Shown: positions 45,907 to 57,447, counted from the first letter of the stretch. The stretch is 64,000 bases of DNA from Trypanosoma brucei (GCA_000002445.1 CM000208.1:416001-480000), one strand, 5' to 3'. Numbers and translations: made by a program. The notes: generated from the sequence alone by a model not told the origin.

Positions 45907-46142
45907 CCTTGGGGAGCGAGCCGTCGTGCTTCAACTTGCCGCACTGGCTTGTCTGTTTACTGTGGCGGTACGTTGCAGAGCTTGTGAAAGTTTTTCTGTG
46001 TATGCGGCCAAGTCCCATTTTGTTTTTATTCGTTGTGTGACTTGTTTACCATTTGCCTCCTACCATTGCTACCCTCTTGTTCACTCATCTAAGTTCGACT
46101 ACTTACGCGTGCAGACGCGCACAGGCGACACACCTTAGTCCA

Positions 46143-47291
46143 ATGGATACTTTCCAGGAGAAACTGGACGCCCTTCAAAAGCAATCCAAGGAACAGATCG
46201 CAGCGGCTATCGCAGCCATGAAAGGCGCGTGTCGCGAAGGAGCGGAGCCCGTGCGAGTGGCAGTAGCGATCGGTAGCCGATTAACTCCTCTCAATATTTT
46301 ATCGTCTTTTCCAGTCGTCTGCCTACTGGACGCCATGGTGATGGCCAAAGGTGACGAGACTGTTGCACAGGTGATGAAGGAATTTTGGCGGATTTCACCC
46401 TCTCTCTTCGTTAACTATGCGACCACTGATGAGGGGCTCCGTGATAAGGTGGTTCGCGTCGTGCAGCGCTGGGGAAGCAAGAAACTCATTGAACCACCAA
46501 TGTGCGAGAAACTGCTGGGAGCGATAAAGGGAATTAGGCCTGATGAGGCAAGCAGCGCAGAAGAGGGCAAAGGGGAGAAGCGCAGTGATGAGGCGCAGAA
46601 TGGGCGTAAAGGTGCTGTCTTCACGAGGTCTGAGGTATCGGGATTCTGCGCTATCCTTCACAGTTGCACAAAAATGATTGAGAAACTCCCACCCCATCGG
46701 GCCAGTATGTACATGGAAGTGGCGCAGAAGGAAATGAGTTCGCACGTGCCAAACAGACCGGCGCTCCTTTTCTTCCAGGGGCTGCACGCTGAGTTAGGTA
46801 AGGAACTCACGCTTTACAATAGCAATGCGGTCAAGAATGAGCACCAGTTAGCGCAGGCGGTGAGTGGCGGCCCTTCCGCTAAAGAAGCCCTTGGCAATCT
46901 GTTGGACAAGCTGTCGAAAGATCACGCCTCTCCATCTCTCGAGGCGGGGGACGGAAAGGGACATGCCTTTCACGTTGTGCGCTATATAACGCCCTTGCAG
47001 TCTGATATCTGCCAGCGCCTGTCCCTGGCGCGTCGCGCAGGTTTCGGTGACTGGTATCGTCGCCCCAAGAACGAATACCATTACCCCAAGAGGGAAAGCA
47101 ATGCCCGGAAAGTTTTCCGCGCTCCGGCCGGGGCCGGGCCGCTAGTTAGAACATGGTTCCCAAGCGAGCAGCAGTGGATTAGTGAGAACAATATGGCCTC
47201 GCTTGGGCTATTCCGTGAACGCGACCCGGACAAGGAAAGGGAGTCCTCCAGTTTATACGCTGTGGCGAGGAAGCGAGATCGAGACTGTTAG
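46143..47291 (+). CDS. CID (RNA Pol II CTD-interacting / RPR) domain protein, Pcf11/RPRD-like N-terminus
   Basis: N-terminal ~130 aa: 'LNILSSFPVVCLLDAMVMAKGDE...VMKEFWRISPSLFVNYATTDEGLRDKVVRVVQRWGSKKLIEP' parallels the Pcf11 CID ('KLPVMYLMDSIVKNVG...FICVFEKVDENTRKSLFKLRSTWDEIFP'). The remainder is low-complexity. The ORF opens at 46053 with TTG in a pyrimidine tract; first ATG at 46143. Confidence 0.7.
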   Translation: MDTFQEKLDALQKQSKEQIAAAIAAMKGACREGAEPVRVAVAIGSRLTPLNILSSFPVVCLLDAMVMAKGDETVAQVMKEFWRISPSLFVNYATTDEGLRDKVVRVVQRWGSKKLIEPPMCEKLLGAIKGIRPDEASSAEEGKGEKRSDEAQNGRKGAVFTRSEVSGFCAILHSCTKMIEKLPPHRASMYMEVAQKEMSSHVPNRPALLFFQGLHAELGKELTLYNSNAVKNEHQLAQAVSGGPSAKEALGNLLDKLSKDHASPSLEAGDGKGHAFHVVRYITPLQSDICQRLSLARRAGFGDWYRRPKNEYHYPKRESNARKVFRAPAGAGPLVRTWFPSEQQWISENNMASLGLFRERDPDKERESSSLYAVARKRDRDC

Positions 47292-47505
47292 GGGGTCACT
47301 TTTTTGGTTTACTTCCCCACCCGCCGCCACGGTCATTCGCTCTGCGGGCGTGTGCTTGCGAGCGGTGCGGTGTGCCTCGTCAAAGTCCTCGTTTGGTGGA
47401 ACCCCCGTCCATCCATGAATCGAGTGGCTGTTCGCTTATTTCCCGCTTCAACACTGTTGGGGGAAAGTGGTGGAATCGGTGGACGTGTTCCGGTGGCGAA
47501 CGCGC

Positions 47506-48339
47506 ATGGTGCCGTTAAGTTGTTCATTGTCAACTGTCTCTGCTTCTTTTCCCTTTCGATTCAAACGTCTCCTTTTTCTTCGGCTCTCTGCGAGGTATCG
47601 AAGGCTTGCCATGCGCGCGGTGCGGGCCTTGACGGGAGGCCAGCAGGCGGTGAACGAACTGGAGGTCTTTCTCCGAGCAGTGGCTGACACACAGCGCCGG
47701 TGGGCCAAACGAATTGCCGCGCAGGAAGCGAAGGTACGGCGCTGCATGATGGTCGAGGACCACTGCAGGAAAAGGCTCCGCAGAAGCGTCCTCCGCTTCA
47801 CTAACGAGCGTCTCAAGCGCCTGGTCAGCACAGATCCTCTGGGGCACGTGGAGCCGAAGCTCCCCCCAGCCTCCGCATTTGGGGCGTTCGACATACCCCC
47901 TCATTGCGTCAATGGCTTCGGGGTGTTCGTGATGGCCAAGCTTCACGAATTCCCATCGTGTGTGCTCGACGCCCCGCGTGTGGGTGCCATCGCCGACCTC
48001 CTCGCTGCTTGGGAAATACTCCCGCCCTTCAAGAAGGAGCGGTACGAAGCATACGCTGAAAGCGTGAGGGATGTGACCACAGCAACCGGAACGGCTAGCA
48101 GCTCCGGCAGCTCAACCAATTGTGAGCAGCGCACGGCAGGAGTTGAGGGCGATGCCGGCACACCAACGAACGAGAACGAGGCCGCTGCTTATGGGCGATT
48201 TGTGCGTTGCGGAAGGCGGCAACTGGAGGCGGTGCTGGGTCCCGTGAGTAGCGCAGCGTGGTTGGGGATTGCGACAAGGGAATGGGAAAGCTTGACCTTA
48301 CGGCAAAAGCGTTGCTACTTATCAAAGCGGACGAAGTGA
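47506..48339 (+). CDS. hypothetical protein with possible C-terminal HMG-box-like segment; Arg-rich N-terminus; start uncertain (ORF open from 47467, alternative ATG 47611)
   Basis: 'IPPHCVNGFGVFVMAKLHEFPSC...IADLLAAWEILPPFKKERYEAYAESVR' loosely follows the HMG-box pattern (P..P...F..F......W..L....K..Y...A). Heavy ORF overlap on both strands (GC-rich), so the coding status is not certain. Confidence 0.4.
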   Translation: MVPLSCSLSTVSASFPFRFKRLLFLRLSARYRRLAMRAVRALTGGQQAVNELEVFLRAVADTQRRWAKRIAAQEAKVRRCMMVEDHCRKRLRRSVLRFTNERLKRLVSTDPLGHVEPKLPPASAFGAFDIPPHCVNGFGVFVMAKLHEFPSCVLDAPRVGAIADLLAAWEILPPFKKERYEAYAESVRDVTTATGTASSSGSSTNCEQRTAGVEGDAGTPTNENEAAAYGRFVRCGRRQLEAVLGPVSSAAWLGIATREWESLTLRQKRCYLSKRTK

Positions 48340-50228
48340 AAGAGATGGCACACACACACAACACCCTCCTTCTTACCTCATTTCGTATCCATAAAAGGGT
48401 GTGGCCAAGGCGTTGGTTGCTATTGTGCCTTTGGGGGCTGTCGACCTGGGGTGTAAATGGATTGTTGCGTGTTTACGAAGCGTGTTGTTTGACACGGGTC
48501 AAGAAGTGGGCATTGTCACTTCATACGCTCAATAGAGAAAACGAGCGCATATGTTCCGACAACGGGGTGTCGGATGTTTTCTTATTTTTTCATTGGTAAG
48601 TTGGGAGTTGGGAGGGGGGGGGGGTACCGACGGATACGAATTGGCGCTTTCCCTGCTTTTCGACCAGGACGATACACACTACTGGTTGTATTTGAGTGAC
48701 GCGGAAATGAATAATCTGTTGCAACGGACCGCCGCAAGCACATGCCTTGTCTGAATGTAAGTGTGCTCGGTTTGCCCCAGGTATTGCTTACGCCCCTCGA
48801 TTTGGGGGCGCGTTTTCGAGGTTTTCGTTGGACGGCTGCCGGAGGCAAAGCGCTATTGCGTTCCCTTTGTTATTGCCATTCGCTTTCTTGTGCGCGCTAT
48901 GCGGCATCAGATCCTGCGACCCGCCTCCCTGGCATACTGCTGATGTGCTGCCCGCAGTGGCACCAAACCCTCTTTTTCCCCGTTACTTGGTCTACTTTCC
49001 TTTTTGCTACTTCACATTTTGGGCCGTCGCGCGAGGGGCGCGACGGCCTCGTATGAACCGAAGAGTAGATTTCATATGCCAGGGCAAACCGCAGCTTCCT
49101 TTTCCTTGTGGCTGGAGCTCGTCGAAAGGAACGGAAGGTGAAGTACCCGGTTGCGGTTTCAGACGGCACTACCTTCATGCCTTTCGGCATGTGCAAGACG
49201 TCGCCGACAGGCGGTCCGCGCTCCGCGACACCATCACAGCGACGGGGAGGGCTCCCAGCGGGCACGGAAGCAGCCACTTTGGCGGGGACTCGATGGACGA
49301 CACAGTTGGCGTACCCAGCCGCAACTTCCTGAAGACTGATCCTTCAAATGGGGTTGCGCACGTGGAAATAAGCGTCGGTAGGATCTTTTTTGGCTCCAAG
49401 TCCGTTGCCGCTTCCCCCGATGGTCAAGCAGGCCCCGCTAACACTGAGGGAAGCGATGGTAGTGAAGCCCAGTTGGCACAACGCCGGGCCCCAGATCGGC
49501 TGGGTCGTCAACAGCGCCCAACACTTCTCCGCCTCTGCACCCTGTAGGGCAAACCTCCACAGCATTTCTCACTAAGAACAAAAACCCGAGAAAGGGGAGA
49601 AGAGGTAGCGCAACACAACCGGGCAGCCCAGGGGGTTGCACCAACCTTTGAAGTTCCCATTAAAAGTCCCCATTCCAGGCCCGAAAGGACAGGACCACCC
49701 CACGCAATCCCTTTAATCTCCCAACAAGAAGCGGTGACATCACTTTTTTTTAAAAGAAAAAACAATCTTAGAAAATTCAAAGGTAGATTCTCAATACACC
49801 TATAGCACGGGGTGGAAAGGGGCGGAAATCCATACACTACTAAAACGCCCCGAGAGGGTGAGCCATGCAGATGTGTAAATGCAAAATCATGCAGGCGGTC
49901 ACCTCACTCCACCCTTTCCTTCCCGCGTTCCTCGCGAATGTTTTGACACCCTTGGTATCGAGCGGTGTTACCACGATGATCAGATTCGTACTTGGGGTCT
50001 CACGTGGACAGTCCCCGTACTTTACCCTGCGTCACTAACCTCCCTGTGCCCCTGGCGGCCTCCGGCTTCGACCTGCGCCGTGTTTTTCTCACTGACGACC
50101 AACATTCCAGGGAGCCAACGGCAGAACTGCGTTTTAACTCCATCAGAAGAAACAACGGCCACGGACACTTCGCTTAAGTTGAGCCAGTGAAGACGGGTTA
50201 AGGTTTGTCGTCCCAGCGCCACAAGCTA

Positions 50229-51023
50229 CTATGCTCCGGTGTTCTGTTTACCGGATGCGACGGGCGGGAAAGCGTGGCCGGCACGTGTGTCCTCCAACTC
50301 TTCACTTCGACGTGCCTCTGTACATACTGCGTCGGGTTCCACAACGGGGAAAGCATGTGTTGTGTTCAGCTCCTTGGCTTGCTCCTCCTGCAGGGTGCTG
50401 CCAGCGGGCTTTTTCCGAAGTTCCACTGCGGGCAGGGTGCACAAAGGACGTGAACCCTCCTCATCGACCTGTCGAGATCCAACCCGGGCCCCATCAGATT
50501 CATTATCTGGCGAAGCACTCGGAGAGCGCGGGTCCGTCCTGGCTTCACTGAGTTTAGCACTTGCGGTGCGTTTGAATGGCTCCACGGCGGGAAAGGCTTG
50601 TGTGGGTCGCGGGTCACCTGGTGACGGCGCTCGCGGTTCTCCTTCACAGGTGTCGGGTTCTCCGGGAACCGCGCTGGACCCATTCCCCTTGGTCTTCTGG
50701 ACTTGCCGCTGTTGAGTGGCAAGGCGCGGGGCATCGGGGACGACTATAGGCAAAGCGCTCGTAAACGGCATTTCTTTTCTACCATCCTTCAGCTGAGGAT
50801 CGCTGGAGGGTTTAACGGGCTCCATGACGGGCAAAAGATGGGGGGCATGCGGTTTCTTATAATCAGACGACTGTCCTGCTTCGGCGGCTGGTGCTTCAAT
50901 TTCTCTTTGCAGTGGAGCGCCGATGTGGCATACTTCTTGCTGGCGTTCCCCATGATCAGGGATTTCTACGAGAGAACCTTCCGGGCCAGCGCTTTGTCCT
51001 CTTGGAAAATTTTCCGTTTTCAT
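50229..51023 (-). CDS. hypothetical Pro/Ala/Glu-rich protein carrying six diverged copies of an 'AFPxVEP'-type peptide motif; lone minus-strand ORF inside the gene-poor interval
   Basis: The minus-strand ORF (track 50229..51164, TTG start; first ATG 51023) contains HAPHLLPVMEP, ALPIVVPDAP, QAFPAVEP, TLPAVEL, HAFPVVEP and HAFPPVAS. The DNA copies (e.g. ggttccacaacggggaaagc, ggctccacggcgggaaaggc, gggctccatgacgggcaaaag, tccactgcgggcagggtgc) differ mostly at codon third positions. It is the only frame spanning all copies. It is antisense to the flanking plus-strand units, so the call is tentative. Confidence 0.35.
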   Translation of the reverse strand: MKTENFPRGQSAGPEGSLVEIPDHGERQQEVCHIGAPLQREIEAPAAEAGQSSDYKKPHAPHLLPVMEPVKPSSDPQLKDGRKEMPFTSALPIVVPDAPRLATQQRQVQKTKGNGSSAVPGEPDTCEGEPRAPSPGDPRPTQAFPAVEPFKRTASAKLSEARTDPRSPSASPDNESDGARVGSRQVDEEGSRPLCTLPAVELRKKPAGSTLQEEQAKELNTTHAFPVVEPDAVCTEARRSEELEDTRAGHAFPPVASGKQNTGA

Positions 51024-51338
51024 AGCGCCTTTACGTTGACCTACGGATTTCGGTGCCTTCAGCGCTTGAAGCGGAGCAGTCCACTCGTTTATAGCAAACC
51101 TTGCTTTGAAGGCCTTAATCGAGCAAAAGTCGCAAAGTTTAAAAAGTCTACCACCGTTAGTCAAAAGAAAGCATCATCTGAACCACACAAAGGAATAAGA
51201 GCACACCACTACCACAGAGATGCTCTAGTGGAGCACACGAACGCCCCCTTTCCATTCTCAACTGCAGCGAAAGAAAAGGGGAAAATAAAACTGTCAGCAC
51301 ATACGTACCTTTTTATTTGTGGTAGATGGAGCGCAGAA

Positions 51339-51361
51339 ATATATATATATATATATATATA
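51339..51361. repeat. (AT)11-12 microsatellite
   Basis: atatatatatatatatatatata read directly, immediately upstream (on the minus strand) of the motif-repeat ORF. Confidence 0.9.
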
Positions 51362-53052
51362 ATCAGTAGACCCGCGTTGTTCCCCGTTGCCATTTTTCCG
51401 CATCCGTATGTGAGACCTTTCTAACAAAACAACGGCATGATAATCTATGAGGCCAGGCCAGTACCGTTGAAAGGGGTCTACCACTACACCATGCCTTGCA
51501 ACTAGGATGCGCGATATCAGCCCCGGTGCCCTTTAAGAAAAGGCGTTCCGGTCTAATGTGAACAAGGCGAGCAAGTGGATGCATCAGCGCAATGGGAGAA
51601 GAGTGGTTGATAGGAAAGCTCCACCCCCTCCAACACAAAAAGGTATGCGGCACATGGCTCGTGAAATTACAAAAAAGATCCTCCACATACCTTAAGGGGG
51701 ATGCGTCAAGTAGTCGTCCCGAAGGGACGTGCACACAAACATTTTACTTCTAAACATCAGTGCTGAGGAAGCTATCGCATTCAATTACGGTTTGTAACCG
51801 TATTGGCCGATACAAATTACCTGTGGGGGCTCACAAAATTATCGGTGAGGTTCTTTGTGCCGGTGTTAAAGCCACGGGGACGACAAGAGCGTACCTTCAC
51901 TAACGGCTCTCTGCTACTGGGCCGTTCCAAGGCTCTGTGTCTTGGCGCGCCTAGATGCGAAGTCACTCACGGCACCAACATCCAGATTTTCTTTTCTTAA
52001 ACCCTCGACGGCTCTTGAAGCAGCTGGTACCAAATCTGTTTCTTTCACTCACCGCGCCACCTTCGCGGTCTCAGCCTCATACGCCAACATCCTTTTTGAA
52101 CCCTCATTGATTAGGTTTGGGTTTGCCTTAAAAAAATAAGCTCCCCACACAGCCACTTACATCAACTTCACCCCATCGCTTTTTTACGTCCTCGGTATTT
52201 TACATTGTGTCATTATAATTTTCATCGTGAATAGAAGTGATACACCGCATGTTATATGCACCGAGTTGCCTCCCAACCAATATACTCACTAACTTAACCC
52301 CGATAACCACCTTCCCATCCTGTTAGACCCCCCCACGCTCTTCGCAGGTGCTGCTCTTTTTTTTTTTTGCCAATACTAGGCACGCAAACAGCGGGTTGCC
52401 ACTGTCAAGCACCGGGAAATTGTTATTAACTTGAAGAATCTGTCGCCCACGTCACGGACTTGAACTATTAAATATCTAATCCACGCAAACGCGGAGAAGC
52501 AAACCAACAAAGAACCCCAAGGCCCTCTTTTTCTCCCAGTTGTGGTTTCGAACGTTGAAGAACTTCCATTTCGCTGTTACCTCTGGTTTACCTCTCCCTT
52601 TTTTTTTTCAACGAGATCACGCGCACGGGTAACCTTACCTTTGGTAATGTTGACAACAAACCCTCATCTTCCACACCGTGTTCATCCTACGTAGTGGAAA
52701 CTCGCTTCTAAAAAAAAAAAATGTAGTCTCCACAGAAATGTAAGAGCTGTTTATTACACTCATCGATGTCGAGGATGCCCCATGCTGAAGTTGCCCACGC
52801 AGTGCAGATGTTAAGTTTGAAAACGTATGCTCGCAACTCCGAATAACAGTGACGACAAACGGTGCCTGCGTCAGGAAGTTTGAACCATTCCCCTCACAGT
52901 CCACAATCCTCCTCACGTAATAAGATAGGTATAAAGTTTAGCGCCCACAGTTCAATCATAAATCGGCATGGAAATGTGCAATAAGGACATAGAGTCATTC
53001 AGAAACAACGGAACATAATCCCAGCATACGGCGGCTTCAGCCAGCCAGCCAT

Positions 53053-53053
<1 letters not shown>

Positions 53054-53088
<35 letters not shown>
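53054..53088. repeat. (CA)17 microsatellite
   Basis: cacacacacacacacacacacacacacacacacac read directly. Confidence 0.95.
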
Positions 53089-53093
<5 letters not shown>

Positions 53094-55438
53094 TCACTGC
53101 ATCGGTTAGTACACGCCAGGAGTAATATATATCGAGCAAGGATGCGTAAAGATAGCAGACTCGGAGGTGATGAATATACGGCGCACCGCTTGTGGGGTAC
53201 GCTTCTGTAAACAAATGAATGCCACCACGTACGCGACGGGCGCAACAGATATGATACACACAAGTTGAGGGAACTAAAACCCTTTTGAGGGGATACATAT
53301 CGTACAGTACCTTGCATGCGTGCGACTCTGTAGAGCCATCGGCTACGACTACTGACGTACCTGATCGCGTAGACTCATACTATCGACGATTCAAGAAACA
53401 ACTCCTCTTTCCATGACTCGTGTAAAAACAAAGTAGCCACAACTTTGTCCCTCCACCTGGTGGAAGGGATGCAGTTCACATACTGCGTACAACCCTAACC
53501 CTTTACTGATAGTTAATGCGTAGCAACAACCGCTGAGAAAAGCACAATAAGGAATTCATCACATCTCACACTGTCACATTCCATTGAATCTGAACCCCTC
53601 ATTGAGATTACACCCCTCCCCCATTTAGCACCCAACACATATCATCTAGCGCTAATGCGTCTGCTGTACTTCCAATAACAAGTAAAGCTCCACACATCTA
53701 GTGAAGTTGCATAGTGCAAACACCCTCCCATGCTCAGTGTAATCTTTCGTTAGGTCATCGCCCCTTTTGGTGTGCATACGAATCCTACCTAACTGCACCT
53801 TCACATCTTATTTTTCACCCCATCCTACTCAACCGTAGTACACAACGAACATACCCCTTGGTCATTTACCATATCTATTAATTATAAAAATAATTCAAAT
53901 AATTGTTGTCACTCTGCGTCCAGCACAGCTCATCCAGTTCGGATATGAAGGTGCAAACGAGTGGAATCGCGAAACCGCACGTGCTGACAGAGCAATAGGA
54001 ATTTCTCCACCCAGAGGCGTCATGAGCGTAAGCCTGGTGTATGATCCTTTCAGAGTGTATTTTGGAGCCGAGGAATTTATTTGAGCGATATCAATAATCA
54101 CTTCCCCCAGCCAGCCGGTTCAAATTACATCAACACTCAACTAATATACGTATAAACACGGATATCTCACGGATTATTAGTTAAGTATGTCGCAGTTCCA
54201 TTGCAGTTGGAGCATGAGGAAAATTAAGTGAGTATCCAATAATGGACCAAATCATACACAACATGAGCACCCTACATCCACTCCCTCTGAGCCTAACCTT
54301 ACAACCACATAGCAACCCGCCGCCCGGGGGGGGGCATCAGCAGAGAAAGTCTGCGATGTTCATATATATATATATATTTCCATTTTCGCCCTCTTTTAGG
54401 CGAAACTTTGTAATACAAACATCGTTCAACACGAGGATGACGAAAATGTTATTGAGTTATACTCAACAATTTATTGCGGCTCAAACACGGCTTGAGCGAA
54501 CATATCAGCCGTTAGATTGCGATAGAACCTGCATGCGCTAACTTCTCACCAAGCAGACAAAGAAAATGCGGAAGCACAACGACAGGTTTACAAGGGGTTG
54601 GATATATAATACAAAATATCGGATGATATCACCGCTGCCTTAGACGACCTCTATCCACAGTCCCGCCCAGTAAACATTAATAACTTTACACACACGCCAC
54701 ATTGTCGACGATACCATTAAAAAGGTAACGGAAAGACTACCGAAGGACAACACACTTCGAGAGATCCCCGCCTTTCAAAGGAAAGAATGCAATATATTCT
54801 CCCGTCACAGCGTCAACTTGCACAGCGCAATAAAACCTTACACAACAACCGCTTCTAAACTCATCTATAATCACTCTTCATTTACATTCGATCATTAGCG
54901 CAACACCAGCGATGGCAGTGACAACAAAACAAAAAAAATACTCAAATTTAAACATGAACCATTCAATATCGGAGGACAAGTTACAAATTGCAGATACAGA
55001 TTTTTAAAGTTAAAACATACATAAGTACTATTCAATGAGGTTTCAAATTATCTAAATCATCAATACATTGGAAATGACTACGCAGCGACACGTATTCATT
55101 CAAAAACAGCATCCGAAACTCACCTAAAAAAACAAAAGAAAAAAGAAAAAATAGGTAGCACCGCCGCTCCACCTACAAGTAAATCAGCTACTGAAGGTGG
55201 GAAAGTCCCTCCAAATGTGAGTTTAACCGCCACTGTGAGGTAATAAAGCAACGCCAGAAAACACACTTTATTCACTTTCCCTGATATGTAACAAAAAAGG
55301 GCCCTAGAAATAATAAACAGCTGAGAACCTCCGAGCAACCTACCAACGAGCCGATTGCTGTGCAAAGCTAGTGGAATTACGCTTCTCTGCATTTTCCAGC
55401 AACGATGTTTCAGACCTAACATATCCCACTTCGAAGGT

Positions 55439-56290
55439 ACCACCGCACAAAAAACATACCGTATCCGATGCGGCACAGCCGCCTGCACACGAAAAATAGA
55501 AGTACAAACAAACTTTTGGTCACCACACGTCTGCTCCTTTGGAAGCAGCAGCGCTCAGGGTACACCAAGCTACTTCACAACACCCGTTCATACAAGTAGC
55601 AGAACGAAATAAATGAGTAGCACCACGGTGCAGGACGTGAAGCAACGCAACCTAACCCACACAACGAAGTTTTGTCGCGGCAAGCGTCCCATCACGAGAA
55701 TAATAAAAGAGGAGTCCAATTCACCAGCAACTGGACGGACGCCCCATACCATGCCCAGCTCTTCCTTCCACCGCCCCACTCGTTGTGGTAACGACCCAAA
55801 CGATGGAGCCCTTTCCGACGGGGAAGTTCCTGCGGCACAACAGCCACACCCCGTAGAGCTCGCCAAGCTCCACACACACCAACACAGGGGTCCTGAAACC
55901 ACGAGATCTAACGGGGAGGGGCACAGCTCCCAACCTTCTTTCCTGAGTGGGAATAAAGCCTTAGTTAGCCTATCCAAAACAGGCGGTCAATCAGATTAAT
56001 GTTCGCGTGGGCCCCAAGCAAATCATGCCAAAAAAACTATGTGACCTCCGAATTGTTTACTTCGGAGCCCCCCCCCCCACCTCCGTTTTGTTTACCACCA
56101 GCTCTGACCAAATTCCTCCTCCCAAACGAGTGGCACCCCCTACTTCGGCACACCTGAGCGGTCCGCGACTGGTGTATTCCCCAAACCAGGCAAGGCTTCG
56201 GGGCCCGCTCAACCACGCGGTAGGGCACAGAGTCGTCGGGAGGGAGAAGTCATTCATGCTCGCCTTACAGAAGCACGTATTGGTCCTTTT
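55439..56290. repeat. left arm of large inverted repeat (852 bp)
   Basis: Reverse complement of 57448..58300. Checked by eye at both arm boundaries, and by mirrored, near-identical ORF translations on opposite strands. The 128-aa ORF 55613..55999(+) equals 57740..58126(-) exactly. 55588..55977(-) equals 57762..58151(+) except one residue (R/K). 'TTAQKTYRIRCGTAACTRKIEVQTNFWSPHVCSF...' is shared by 55355..55612(+) and 58127..58552(-). Includes a C11 run at ~56068-56078. Confidence 0.9.
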
Positions 56291-57447
56291 GTTCACCTAT
56301 TTATGAGATGAGGCAGCTGTGGAGTTTGGAACGCCAGAACCTGGAGGAGGTGATTCGCAGCGTGGGAAAAGAGCTGCCGTTTTTTTTTTTTTTACCGTCT
56401 GTGTGAGACCGCCACCCTAACCACTGTTGACGCGATCTGACGTTGTGCCGGTGTTAAAGCACTGCCTTTTGGAGGCTATGCGGTGTGCTTTCCGACGGCC
56501 GAGTTGAGCGTCGACTGCAGTCACCATCAGCAGAGCATTTAAGTGAAAATGAACCGAAGGGACGGGAAGGTAGTTACTACCGTTTGTTTCTGGCGGTGGA
56601 ACTCGTACACACCACTGCCTTTAGATGCCACACACACACACAGGAACGTTAAGATAACCGCCAGAAATAGTCTACAATTAAAGCCTTTCGAGCCATTCCC
56701 TCATCGCACACACGCTTCGTTTTTCTTAGTGTAGGAGCCTCCCTCTGCCCCCTTGATTTCTTCTGTTTGAAAACATGCACCGGGCATCCTTCTTGCTGAA
56801 AACCACTTGGCTTCAATACAAATCAAATTCCTATACGGAGTCACAACCGAAGTTAGGACCCTCATGCAAGAGAAGGACCACACGTGTCCCTCTGCTAGTT
56901 CACTCCCGCGTGATAAACAGAAGATGCCCAAGAGGAACCGGACCCGCACGAATTGCAACATCGTCCGAACTAAGCCCTTTTCGCGGCAACCTACTATTGA
57001 GAAGTGCTTTGTAGCTGTTCGCTCCGGTTCGATCGCATTACCTCAGTTCTCAAAAGAACTTCAGCCCTGCACGATGATTTCGCTGTCGAGTGCCCCCAAC
57101 ACGTTCGTGGACAATGACGGCCTGGTGGAATAAGTACATTTTTTTTTGACTTTTCGTCACCTAGAGGGGGAAAGGATAGTATTTCAATGTTGAATCGACG
57201 GGCCCTCGCAGGTATTCCAAATCCCCTATTTTGCACTGCGGTGGCTAACCGTCCTTCATTATGGCAACTGCAGAGCAGTTCTCAAAGGCACCGTCTTCCA
57301 CGCCCATACTGGTTTGAATGAGGAGGCCTGTGGCGAACCGCACCATCTTTTATCGTTCGTTTTTACTCTTCAATATGCGTCCAACACAGGAAGTTAAGTA
57401 ACATCATCGTATTGCCATGCCCCCCAAAATAATAATAAGGGGTTATT

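Noticed and set aside
48747-49547. 266-aa plus-strand ORF and overlapping ORFs in the GC-rich block after 48.34 kb
   Set aside because: At least three overlapping long ORFs on both strands. Arg/Pro/Gly/Ala-rich translations characteristic of high-GC non-coding DNA. TTG start.
50239-50715. Plus-strand 158-aa ORF overlapping the motif-repeat gene (repeats read as STxGKAC)
   Set aside because: It is the reverse-frame shadow of the same diverged repeats, but covers only half of the copies and is interrupted. The minus frame is the only one spanning all six. Kept as a caveat, not a feature.
53490-53510. Telomere-like CCCTAACCCT (also CCACCCTAACCAC at 56413)
   Set aside because: Only 1.5 hexamer units in isolation. 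Expected by chance and not an interstitial telomeric array.
55588-55999. 128/129-aa ORFs inside each arm of the inverted repeat (55613..55999+, 55588..55977-, mirrored at 57740..58151)
   Set aside because: Both strands of the same segment are open and each arm mirrors the other, so at most one orientation could be real. Translations are S/T/P/H/G-rich and non-globular. More likely the arms are non-coding and the ORFs reflect GC-rich composition.
56960-57060. B-box-like GGTTCGATCGC in the inverted-repeat spacer as a possible tRNA
   Set aside because: No upstream A box at tRNA spacing, no acceptor-stem complementarity, and two mismatches to the B-box consensus.
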